Both the position numbers and the translations under genes were made by a program. Below, piece after piece: positions 18,041 to 26,277 of a stretch of 64,000 nt of DNA. How positions within the stretch are numbered: position 1 is the first letter of the stretch; every line of letters starts with the position of its first letter. The stretch is taken from assembly GCA_963600795.1 (NCBI GenBank), contig CAVCDF010000108.1, positions 3,971 to 67,970 of the forward strand, read 5' to 3'. This DNA comes from Anaerotignum sp. GTDB lineage: Bacteria > Bacteroidota > Bacteroidia > Bacteroidales > UBA932. The notes beneath the pieces are model-generated. The model had not been told where the DNA came from. It saw only the letters and a program-made list of their open reading frames with translations, and made no database searches.

Positions 18041-18517
18041 TTAGTTTACTCTTTTCTTGTCGAGTCCTTTGAATATGGCTCCGAGTGAAGATGACGCGTC
18101 ATCGCGTGTAAAACCGTCACGAAGCACCAGCAGTACCGTGTCGTCGCCGGCAAGCGTTCCTATCACCTCGCGCAGATGGGCTCCGTCAACGACGGAGGCG
18201 ATCATTGCGGCGTGTCCGGGACGTGTCTTGAGAACTGCAAGGACACCGGAAAACTCCAGGCTTTCAATGCTGTCCGAAGTCATCGATGTGTCGAGCGCGA
18301 CATTGCGGAGCATTCCCGGCTGAGGGAGACTGTAGCAATAGCTGCTGCCGTCGTGAATCTTGGTGATCATCAATTCACGGATGTCCCTGGAAAGGGTTGC
18401 CTGGGCCACGTGAAGGCCACGCTCCTCCAGATACTTGGAGAGTTCCTCCTGATTCGCCACCTTGCGGTCTCTGATTATTTCCCTGATGACCTTGTGCCTT
18501 TCAGTCTTATCTTTCAT
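18041..18517 (-). CDS. argR: Arginine repressor
   Basis: NQEEL, QATLSRDI, KTRPG, GTLAGDDT. Confidence 0.95.
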   Translation of the reverse strand: MKDKTERHKVIREIIRDRKVANQEELSKYLEERGLHVAQATLSRDIRELMITKIHDGSSYCYSLPQPGMLRNVALDTSMTSDSIESLEFSGVLAVLKTRPGHAAMIASVVDGAHLREVIGTLAGDDTVLLVLRDGFTRDDASSSLGAIFKGLDKKRVN

Positions 18518-18522
18518 TTTCG

Positions 18523-18599
18523 AGCATATTTATTCAAAAACCTCGCAAATATATGTATAATTTTTCAATATACGCAAGATTTTCGCGAATATGTTTGCA
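18523..18599. promoter_or_regulatory. Three ARG-box-like sites around the argR promoter (-7 TATATTTG at 18546-18553)
   Basis: AGCATatttATTCA (18523), TGTATaattTTTCA (18554) and CGAATatgtTTGCA (18586), compared with the TGnATnnnnATnCA consensus. Confidence 0.6.
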
Positions 18600-18688
18600 A
18601 AATAAGCAGTAAACCGGTGATGAGGAGCGATTGACAGCTGACATCGCCGTCAATGTACGGAATTGTCCGCAAGGAACTCCGACAATCG

Positions 18689-18717
18689 AAAAAGGGATGG
18701 CCGGCCGGCCATCCCTT
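18689..18717 (-). terminator. Intrinsic terminator of the nfeD-flotillin-XRE unit
   Basis: Palindrome aagggatggccggccggccatccctt followed by a T tract on the minus strand. Confidence 0.75.
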
Positions 18718-18723
18718 CAACAA

Positions 18724-18936
18724 TCAATCGACGCTTTCCCTGTACTCTAGCAAATCTCCAGGCTGGCAGTCAAACGCCTTGCATAGAGCGTCGAGTGTGC
18801 TGAACCGGATTCCCTTCGCCTTGCCCGTCTTGAGAATCGACAGATTCACAGGCGAAAGCCCGATCTTTTCCGCCAGCTCGGAGGAAGTCATCTTCCTCCG
18901 GGCGAGCATCACATCGACATTTACAACTATAGGCAT
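18724..18936 (-). CDS. XRE/Cro HTH regulator, YozG-like (paralog 1)
   Basis: 70 aa; NLSILKTGKAKGIRFSTLDALC...CQPGDLLEY. Confidence 0.9.
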   Translation of the reverse strand: MPIVVNVDVMLARRKMTSSELAEKIGLSPVNLSILKTGKAKGIRFSTLDALCKAFDCQPGDLLEYRESVD

Positions 18937-18940
18937 AATC

Positions 18941-20359
18941 CTAATTTTCTACGGTTTCTTCTTCCGGCTTCTTGGCCTCCGCCTTACCCTTGAGGTACTC
19001 AGGAAGGTTCATGCCGGCCATATTGAAAAGGTCCTGGAGAGGAGGTACGGAACCCATCAGACCTGAGATGAAGTTCGCGGTCGAAGTCTTGCCGTCCTTT
19101 CCGCCGTTGCCGTCCCAGACGGTAACCTTGTCAATCTTGATGCCCTTGACAGCCTCCACCTGTGTCTTGACGAGTTCAGGCAGCTTGTCAGCGATCAGCA
19201 TAAGCACGGCCTGCTGAGGATCTCCGCCGGCGGCGCGCACCATCTCGTTGAAACCTTCGGCCTGCTTGGACAGAATCTCCAGCGTACCGCGGGCCTGGGC
19301 GTCCATCTTTGCGAATATTGCATCGGCCTCTCCCTTCGCTGTCCTGCGGAGTTTCTCGGCCTCGGCCTCGGCTTCGATGATGAGTTTCTCCTTGTCGATC
19401 TGGGCAGGAACGACGATGTTGGCCTGCTGGGTGGCCTTCTCTCTTTCGGCACGGGCAAGCTCGGCGTCCCGCTCGCTCTGGTAGGCCTCCTGGAGGGCTT
19501 TCGCGGCCTGAACCTTCTCTGCTGCAACCGCTATGCGGGCGGCCTCTGCCTCTTTTTCACGACGTGCGGCGTCTGAATTGGCGATGTCAATCTTGGAGGT
19601 GTTTTCACCCTGTACGGCGAGAGCGTTTGCTGCGGCCGTCTTGATACGGGTGTCCCTCTGAGTCTCGGCGATACGGATGTCCTTGTCCCTGTCGGCCTCG
19701 GCCTTACCGATCTCACCGTAGCGGTTCTGCTCGGCGACGCTCTTCTTGGCGTCGTTGATCGCCTTGGCTGCGGCTTCCTTACCGAGGGCCTCGATGTAGC
19801 CTGACTCGTCACGGATGTCGGTAACGTTCACGTTGATGAGCTTCAGACCGATCTTGCGGAGCTCAGCCTCGACGTTCTGGCTGACGGCCACGAGGAACTT
19901 GTCTCGGTCGGAGTTGATCTCCTCGATCTCCATCGTGGCGATCACCAGACGGAGCTGACCGAACAGGATGTCGGTGGCGATGCTCTGGATGTTGTCGATG
20001 GACAGTCCGAGAAGACGCTCTGCGGCGTTGGTCATGCTATCCGGCTCGGTGGAGATGCCGACCGTGAAGCGGCAAGGCACATCCACGCGGATGTTCTGCT
20101 TGGAAAGCGCGTTCGTAAGGTTGCACTCGATGGAGATAGGCTTGAGGTCAAGGAACGCATAGTCCTGGAACACAGGCCAGATGAAGGCCGCGCCTCCGTG
20201 GATGCAGCGGGCAGATGAGATCGAGCCGCTCTTGTTCTTGCCGGTCTTACCGTAGATGACCATCACCTTGTCGGACGGGCAGCGGCGGTAGCGCTTCAGA
20301 ATCGCCGAGAAGGTCACGAAGATGACGGCGACGATGATAAGGATCAATGAAAGTTCCAT
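18941..20359 (-). CDS. Flotillin (SPFH/band-7) protein
   Basis: N-terminal TM segment, an SPFH core (GGAAFIWPVFQ...GLKLINVNVTDIRD) and an Ala/Glu-rich coiled coil. Confidence 0.92.
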   Translation of the reverse strand: MELSLILIIVAVIFVTFSAILKRYRRCPSDKVMVIYGKTGKNKSGSISSARCIHGGAAFIWPVFQDYAFLDLKPISIECNLTNALSKQNIRVDVPCRFTVGISTEPDSMTNAAERLLGLSIDNIQSIATDILFGQLRLVIATMEIEEINSDRDKFLVAVSQNVEAELRKIGLKLINVNVTDIRDESGYIEALGKEAAAKAINDAKKSVAEQNRYGEIGKAEADRDKDIRIAETQRDTRIKTAAANALAVQGENTSKIDIANSDAARREKEAEAARIAVAAEKVQAAKALQEAYQSERDAELARAEREKATQQANIVVPAQIDKEKLIIEAEAEAEKLRRTAKGEADAIFAKMDAQARGTLEILSKQAEGFNEMVRAAGGDPQQAVLMLIADKLPELVKTQVEAVKGIKIDKVTVWDGNGGKDGKTSTANFISGLMGSVPPLQDLFNMAGMNLPEYLKGKAEAKKPEEETVEN

Positions 20360-20389
20360 AAAACAAATGGTTTATTGTGAATATATTCG

Positions 20390-20998
20390 TCAGATGATCG
20401 TCGGGTTGAGTTCCTCTACAAGAAGCGTGTAGTCATTGATGACTTCAGTGACTCTGATAGGCCTGCCGGTCGGAATCGTATCCCCGTCGGTGACGGCGTC
20501 ATATTCCCTGACGGCGTTGTTGATGCTGATCTGGACCTTGCCCTCGCCTTCGCGGCCCCCGGGGACGGTGAGATAGACCCGGCCTTCGCAGCCGACCGCT
20601 GATTTGTGCACATCTATGTTGCCGGTCTGCTGCATTCCGCTGAGCCACTTGAAGATCCACATCACCGCTGCGACAAGCAGCACGCCCACGATGACGGAAA
20701 CGATGATCAGAAGGCCGGTAGACTTGATCCTTTCATTGAGAAGTATCGCCGTCCATCCGAAACCCAGGCAGAAGTTGACCAGGTTGCGGAAGGTCAGGAG
20801 ACTCATCGAAGGATCCGCGTCGAACGCGCCGTCATTGAAACTGCTGTCGAAACCTCCGTCGACGTCGGTGTCGAAGTCCTGTCCGCCGATGCCCAGAAAG
20901 GTCATTATCGTCTGAATGACGAAAATCAATGATGCAGAGAGGGTGATAGCCCACAGAACCTGCATGATAGTACTAAGTGATGTCCACCAGGTAATCAT
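20390..20998 (-). CDS. NfeD-like membrane protein (flotillin partner)
   Basis: 3 TM segments plus an OB-fold-type tail GRVYLTVP...GKVQI...YDAVT; directly upstream of flotillin. Confidence 0.8.
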   Translation of the reverse strand: MITWWTSLSTIMQVLWAITLSASLIFVIQTIMTFLGIGGQDFDTDVDGGFDSSFNDGAFDADPSMSLLTFRNLVNFCLGFGWTAILLNERIKSTGLLIIVSVIVGVLLVAAVMWIFKWLSGMQQTGNIDVHKSAVGCEGRVYLTVPGGREGEGKVQISINNAVREYDAVTDGDTIPTGRPIRVTEVINDYTLLVEELNPTII

Positions 20999-21036
20999 AT
21001 GCTGTTATGTTTATTATTCGCAAATATATTAATTAA

Positions 21037-21074
21037 TTTATGAAAAACAATAAATAATCTAAAGAAAACGTAAA
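21037..21074. promoter_or_regulatory. Putative XRE operator pair next to the nfeD promoter (-7 TATATTTG at 21021-21028)
   Basis: tttatg-aaaaa-caataa and tctaaa-gaaaa-cgtaaa, 21 bp apart; similar to the sites at 33008-33066. Confidence 0.45.
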
Positions 21075-21085
21075 ATTATTAAATT

Positions 21086-22930
21086 TTATTCCTGGTAGTC
21101 GATCCAGACATCCATCTTGCCCGAGGTGCGGTTGTCCCAAACGAAGTATGGAATCAGGCGCAGCGGTTTGCCGCCGGCGAGAGCACTGGATGCATCAATG
21201 ACCTGTACGCCTCCCAGCAGGTCAGGCATGAACTTCGTTGAATATGCCGTTCCGGCTCCGAGTCTGGCTTTATCCACAGTTCCACCGTTGTCGGCTTCTT
21301 CAGCGCAATAGACTATCGGACCGCGCTCAATGGCCCGCTTGCCTTCATCGGCCTTTACGCGGGGATCTGCAGCCGTGACTCTGATTTCCATCGGCAGGGA
21401 GAGCGTGATTTCATCGCCTTTGCGGAGCTTCTTTTTGATGACTGCATAGCCTTTGTCGCTGAATGTCTTGACCGGCTTTCCGTTGAGTCTCAAATCATAG
21501 GATGATTCCGCCCATGATGGTATGCGCATGCGAAGCTGGCTGACGGGCAGGTCTTCTCCCAATGTGAGTTTAACATCGCCCTGCCAAGGATAGCCAGTCT
21601 CTTGGGTTATATTGACGGTCTTCTCTCCGCATGCGATGCTTGCCTTGCCGGAGATGAAGAGGTTGACCCAGATCGCGTCGGAAGAAACTGCATAGATGTA
21701 GTTACCGACTGAAGGAAGAAAACGGCAGATCTGGCTGGGGCAGCAGGCGCATCCGAACCATGGCTGGCGATGATGTCCTCCGGTGGATGAGAGCGGATTG
21801 ACGTAGAAGAACCGGTCGCCGGAAAAGGAAATTCCTGCAAGAACGCCATTGTAGAGGGAACGTTCCAGGACATCAATGTACTTTGCATCGCCGCTCATCA
21901 GATTCATCCTCCAGTTCCATAGCACCATCCCGACAGAAGCGCAGGTCTCGCAGTAGGCTTCTTTGTTCGGAAGATCGTAGTCTTTGGTGAATCCCTCGTT
22001 ATGAAGAGAGGAACCGATGCCGCCGGTTATGTACATGTTTCTGTAAACCACATCGTTCCAAAGACTGTCAAGGGCTGTGACATACTCCTTGTCGTGTGTC
22101 AGCGCAGCGACGTCTGCCATTCCGCAGAAGAGATACATTGCACGCACGGCGTGTCCTGCTATGCTGTAAAGCTGCTTGACGGGTACAGCGCTCTGGTCAT
22201 ATTCCTTCCTTGGGTCTGCATTCCCACGCTCCTCGATCAACCAATGGGAAAAGTCGAGGTAGCGACGGTCTCCTGTCTCGTCGAACAGTTTCACCAGTGC
22301 AAGTTCGATCTCTTCATGTCCTGGCACCCAGTCGCGTTTCCCCGGTCCGAACACGTCCATCAGATGGTCAACCACCCGTATGGCCGTGTCAAGAAATTTG
22401 GTTTTGCCGGTAGCCCGCTTGTAGGCCACGGCGGCTTCAATCATGTGGCCTGCGCAGTACATTTCATGCATGTTTGTGTCAGTCCATCGGTCCTTGAGTC
22501 CATTGATGGTGTAAAAGGTGTAGAGATAGCCGTCAGGCTGCTGTGCCGCGCAGATTTTGTCAATCCATTCGTCAGCCTTTGCCTCAAGTTCAGGATCACG
22601 GTTGTTCTGCAAGGCATAGGCGAAACCTTCGATGGCCTTGTACACATCGCTGTCATCGAAGAATATCCCGCTATGTCCTCCGCTGTGGTTCGCAGCATTG
22701 ACGAAGTTCTGCATTCTTCCGGTTTTGTTCTCAATCTGATCTATGCAGACAGGAACTGTGGATTTGATGTGTTTGGTCAGCATCGGTGACCAGAATGAGT
22801 CGTTGATGCTTACATTGGAGAAACTTACTGCGTTCATTCTCCGCATTTCGTTCTGTGCCGGCTTTTTGTCCTGTGCCGGCAGCACGGCCGCGATCAGCAT
22901 GGCCGCGACAGCGATTGCACACCTTTTCAT
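21086..22930 (-). CDS. GH127-like beta-L-arabinofuranosidase, secreted
   Basis: Signal peptide; FDDSDVYK, HEMYCAGH, GHAVRAMY, YCETCAS, CACCP. Confidence 0.9.
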   Translation of the reverse strand: MKRCAIAVAAMLIAAVLPAQDKKPAQNEMRRMNAVSFSNVSINDSFWSPMLTKHIKSTVPVCIDQIENKTGRMQNFVNAANHSGGHSGIFFDDSDVYKAIEGFAYALQNNRDPELEAKADEWIDKICAAQQPDGYLYTFYTINGLKDRWTDTNMHEMYCAGHMIEAAVAYKRATGKTKFLDTAIRVVDHLMDVFGPGKRDWVPGHEEIELALVKLFDETGDRRYLDFSHWLIEERGNADPRKEYDQSAVPVKQLYSIAGHAVRAMYLFCGMADVAALTHDKEYVTALDSLWNDVVYRNMYITGGIGSSLHNEGFTKDYDLPNKEAYCETCASVGMVLWNWRMNLMSGDAKYIDVLERSLYNGVLAGISFSGDRFFYVNPLSSTGGHHRQPWFGCACCPSQICRFLPSVGNYIYAVSSDAIWVNLFISGKASIACGEKTVNITQETGYPWQGDVKLTLGEDLPVSQLRMRIPSWAESSYDLRLNGKPVKTFSDKGYAVIKKKLRKGDEITLSLPMEIRVTAADPRVKADEGKRAIERGPIVYCAEEADNGGTVDKARLGAGTAYSTKFMPDLLGGVQVIDASSALAGGKPLRLIPYFVWDNRTSGKMDVWIDYQE

Positions 22931-22954
22931 CTATTTGTGTTATTGTGTTATCCA

Positions 22955-23023
22955 TTATGTGTTCTTTCCGAGTACCGTCATGTCCCGGTGGCTCTTGTAC
23001 GGAGACCCCAGCTGCAGGTCCTG
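22955..23023 (-). pseudogene. Possible 3' remnant of a lost gene (QDLQLGSPYKSHRDMTVLGKNT*)
   Basis: 18 of 22 codons end in G/C; the stop is 24 nt before the GH127 start. No convincing start codon. Confidence 0.35.
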
Positions 23024-23060
23024 ATGATGTAAATGAAACCGTTTCCCTGTTGACGGTTTG

Positions 23061-23714
23061 TCAACGGTTTGAGTACAGAACCATTCTGTGGTAGGGGTGA
23101 CCGAAGAAGAGCAGTTCGCTTTCCGTGCGGAAACCGAGCGAGGCGTAGTAACGTTCAAGTCTTGATTTGGACACGTCAACTATGAGACTTGTGCGGGTGA
23201 ATCCTTTGGCTCGACCTGCAAGAATGCCATCGGTGAGCAACAGATGGCCCAGACGACCGGAAGAACCGGCATATTCAAAGGACATTCCGCGGAATTCCGG
23301 GAGCACCGCCAAACTGTCGAGGTAATATTCGTCCGCCTTGCACTCGGCCGGCGCATTTTTTATGAATTCCGACGAGGCGGGGAAGTCAGGATCTCCGGCG
23401 GCCGCCATTGCAAGTCCCCATGTTTTCTCCCGCAGACGTGCGTTCTCTTCGCCAGGGTATGAAACCAGCACACCGGCGGCCAGGCCGTCAAGTTCTGCGA
23501 CCTTTGCGCGCGTGTAGGAATATAATGTATCTTCCCTCGCACAGATCTGTGCGAATATGTCCAGCGCGTCAGAGACTTCAATGGCAGTGTCACCAAGTTC
23601 GAGAGTCTCATTTTCCCCTTCTTTTGAGTACACGTCGTACCCGATCGCAGACAGAACGCAACCGGCGACAATTCTTGCGTCCTCAATTCTTGCATTTCTG
23701 ATGATCAGTGTCAT
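23061..23714 (-). CDS. GNAT N-acetyltransferase
   Basis: TLYSY, EYYLDSLAVLPEFRG, YYASLGF. Confidence 0.82.
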   Translation of the reverse strand: MTLIIRNARIEDARIVAGCVLSAIGYDVYSKEGENETLELGDTAIEVSDALDIFAQICAREDTLYSYTRAKVAELDGLAAGVLVSYPGEENARLREKTWGLAMAAAGDPDFPASSEFIKNAPAECKADEYYLDSLAVLPEFRGMSFEYAGSSGRLGHLLLTDGILAGRAKGFTRTSLIVDVSKSRLERYYASLGFRTESELLFFGHPYHRMVLYSNR

Positions 23715-23909
23715 GGTATGTCAGTTCTAATGTATCCCGTACCGTACAAATTTACAACTTTTTTCCAATCTTATATGGCAGCGGTAGTATCAAGCCACAT
23801 TGAGCAATAGGGCATATTTCGCTGCCCTTCCGAAAACAGATCTGCAGAAAGGGCGTTATATCTCACTTTGAGTAACGGATTACATAGATGACCTCGATGC
23901 TGCATCCGG

Positions 23910-25214
23910 CTACAAACCGAAGACAAGCCAGACGGTGAGGGCGGAGAGCGCCAGAGTGCAGGCTGAGACCTTCAGCCAGAGAGGCAGCCGCTGTTCCCCC
24001 TTGAGCCAGATTCTCTTGAGCCAGTCCCGCACAGGCTCGTCGTAAATCTTCATCACGCCAAGAGCGAGGATGACGGAGATGACCACCACACCGGCCGATG
24101 CCAGAACGTGGACCCAGGCAGGAGCGTCCGCATGAGCCTTGATGAAGGACATATGGGCGTAGATGATCGGGAAGTGGGTGATGTAGATCGGGTAGGATAT
24201 GTCTCCAAGGAACTTGCACACCTTGGTGCTGAATGCGTGCGTGGTCCGGCTGCCGGCTCCGATCAGGACTATGACCGGAAACATCACAAGCACAGCCACG
24301 GCCTGGTAAACGCCGTTGGCCACGCACGGTCTGCCGCCGATGCAAGGTATGCTGAACACGATGACAAGCAGCAGAGAAGCCCACCAGAAACCTCCCTTGG
24401 CGTGGAGCGGACTGCCGCTCGGATTCTCCTCGGTGCGATGGTTCGGGAGTATTCTTGAAATTATCAGACCGCAGAGGAACGGGTACAGCAGACGGCCGAA
24501 TCCGATGTAGATCTGCTGAGCCGTGAGACTCCATCCGCCTATGAGGCTGTACTGCGGACCGCCTGCGGTCACGATGCTGCCGTCATGTGCCGTGAACTCC
24601 TGCACAGGGAACAAGCCGAAGATGTCCCAGCCCATCGTAAGGTCAAGGGTGAACACGGCCGACACAGCGGCAAGGATGCAGAGCGCTATGGTCGGAAGTC
24701 TGCGGAATATGAAGGCGTACAGGATGTTGCCGACATATTCAAGAGTCAGCGACCAGTTCGGACCGTTGAACGAGTTGGTCTCTCCCCAGCCGCGGATGTC
24801 CATCTTCGGTCCGGCCGGAATCATGAATAGGGCCATCACGAAGCAGACGAACACCTTCCACCCCGGAGCCTGGAGGATGTCTGGGAAAGCCGTCGCCCCG
24901 TGCCAGAACAAAGCGAGTCCGATCACCGTGCCTGCCACAACCATAGGATGGAGACGGGCCAGACGGCGTTTGAAGAAGCTCCAGGTCGTCATCTTCCCCC
25001 AGCGGTCATCGTAGGCGTAGCCGATGACGAATCCCGATAGGACGAAGAAGAAATCCACCGCGAGATAGCCGTGGTTGATGTGCTGCTGCGCTCCCGGCGG
25101 ACAATATACCTCGAACAGATGGAAAAGAATCACCATAAAGGCGGCCACGCCGCGCAGTCCGTCCAGGATTTCGTATCTGGGCTTTGATTCAAGATAGACG
25201 TTTTCTTTTGCCAT
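23910..25214 (-). CDS. Acyltransferase family 3 (OafA-like) membrane protein
   Basis: LDGLRGVAA, AVDFFFVLSGF, RRLARLHP, WSLTLEY, GDISYPIYITH. Confidence 0.92.
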   Translation of the reverse strand: MAKENVYLESKPRYEILDGLRGVAAFMVILFHLFEVYCPPGAQQHINHGYLAVDFFFVLSGFVIGYAYDDRWGKMTTWSFFKRRLARLHPMVVAGTVIGLALFWHGATAFPDILQAPGWKVFVCFVMALFMIPAGPKMDIRGWGETNSFNGPNWSLTLEYVGNILYAFIFRRLPTIALCILAAVSAVFTLDLTMGWDIFGLFPVQEFTAHDGSIVTAGGPQYSLIGGWSLTAQQIYIGFGRLLYPFLCGLIISRILPNHRTEENPSGSPLHAKGGFWWASLLLVIVFSIPCIGGRPCVANGVYQAVAVLVMFPVIVLIGAGSRTTHAFSTKVCKFLGDISYPIYITHFPIIYAHMSFIKAHADAPAWVHVLASAGVVVISVILALGVMKIYDEPVRDWLKRIWLKGEQRLPLWLKVSACTLALSALTVWLVFGL

Positions 25215-25340
25215 TGCTTTGCTGTGTTCTTGTCATGGCGGTGCGGTTTTTCCGTCACCGGACATCCGGATGCGAAGGTAGCGGTTATTTCATCTCGTCA
25301 TTTGACCGATTTTTATAAATATTTGTCTTATTTTTGCATT

Positions 25341-26195
25341 ATGGTTGTATATTCAAAATCCGGGTCATTCACCTATGACTATGTGCGTCTGAAGCCTTGC
25401 AGGCAGATCGACCTGCATACGCAGAAGACCTGGGAACTGGACTACATCCAGACCGGGAGCGGAGTCCGCACCATCGGAGACCGGCAGGAGACCTTCCGGG
25501 AAGGAGAAGTCGTGCTTGTTCCTCCTGAAATTCCGCACTGCTGGAACTTCGACCCGGCCGGAGCCGACCCTGATGGGAACATCGTCAACATCACCCTGAC
25601 CTTCGACGACCTTATGCTTGACTCCATCCTGAGGGTGTTCCCCCAGATGCGGGAAGTCGTCGACAGACTGCTTGAAATGCGTGACACGGCATTGTTCTAC
25701 AGCGGAAAGACAAGGGCGAGCCTTGCCGCGGCGCTGACTGCGATGCGCACGGAACGACCGTCCGCACAGGCGGCGGAATTTATGAATATCCTGAATCTGC
25801 TCGGTGACACTGCCGGCATATCCCGGTCGGAGGTCTACCGGAGGATGAGCGTCGAGCAGACGAGGGAGATGCAGGTGCGGGTCTTCGTCTCCTCCAATCT
25901 CTCCCGCAGAATAACCCTCAACGAAATGGCCGCATATGTGGGAATGAACGAGGCCGCTTTCTGCGTCTTCTTCAAGAGGCATTACGGCCAGACCTTCATT
26001 GAATATCTTAATTCGCGGCGTCTTGAACATGCCCGATATCTTCTGGAGAAAGGCGGTCTGTCGGTTGCGGAGGTATGTTATGCCAGCGGCTTCGAATCCC
26101 CGGCCTATTTCTCCCGCCTTTTCCGGAAGTCGACAGGAACGTCACCCAGCGCCTACGCCAAGTCCGTGGCAGATAACCACTTGACAATCAAGTAA
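25341..26195 (+). CDS. AraC-family regulator with N-terminal cupin, divergent from the acyltransferase
   Basis: Cupin LHTQKTWEL...IPHCW; HTH EVCYASGFESPAYFSRLFRKSTG. Confidence 0.9.
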   Translation: MVVYSKSGSFTYDYVRLKPCRQIDLHTQKTWELDYIQTGSGVRTIGDRQETFREGEVVLVPPEIPHCWNFDPAGADPDGNIVNITLTFDDLMLDSILRVFPQMREVVDRLLEMRDTALFYSGKTRASLAAALTAMRTERPSAQAAEFMNILNLLGDTAGISRSEVYRRMSVEQTREMQVRVFVSSNLSRRITLNEMAAYVGMNEAAFCVFFKRHYGQTFIEYLNSRRLEHARYLLEKGGLSVAEVCYASGFESPAYFSRLFRKSTGTSPSAYAKSVADNHLTIK

Positions 26196-26202
26196 AACAA
26201 TA

Positions 26203-26234
26203 ATGGTCTGGTCGTGAAATCACGACCAGACCAT
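26203..26234. terminator. Hairpin between convergent genes, probable bidirectional terminator
   Basis: 15-bp perfect arms atggtctggtcgtga / tcacgaccagaccat. Confidence 0.75.
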
Positions 26235-26277
26235 CGTTTAATCCATTCATTTACAGCGGCTTAACTGCCACGGATAC

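Noticed and set aside
23715..23909. ncRNA or gene remnant in the GNAT-acyltransferase gap
   Set aside because: Only a weak gccctt/aagggc stem and no convincing ORF.
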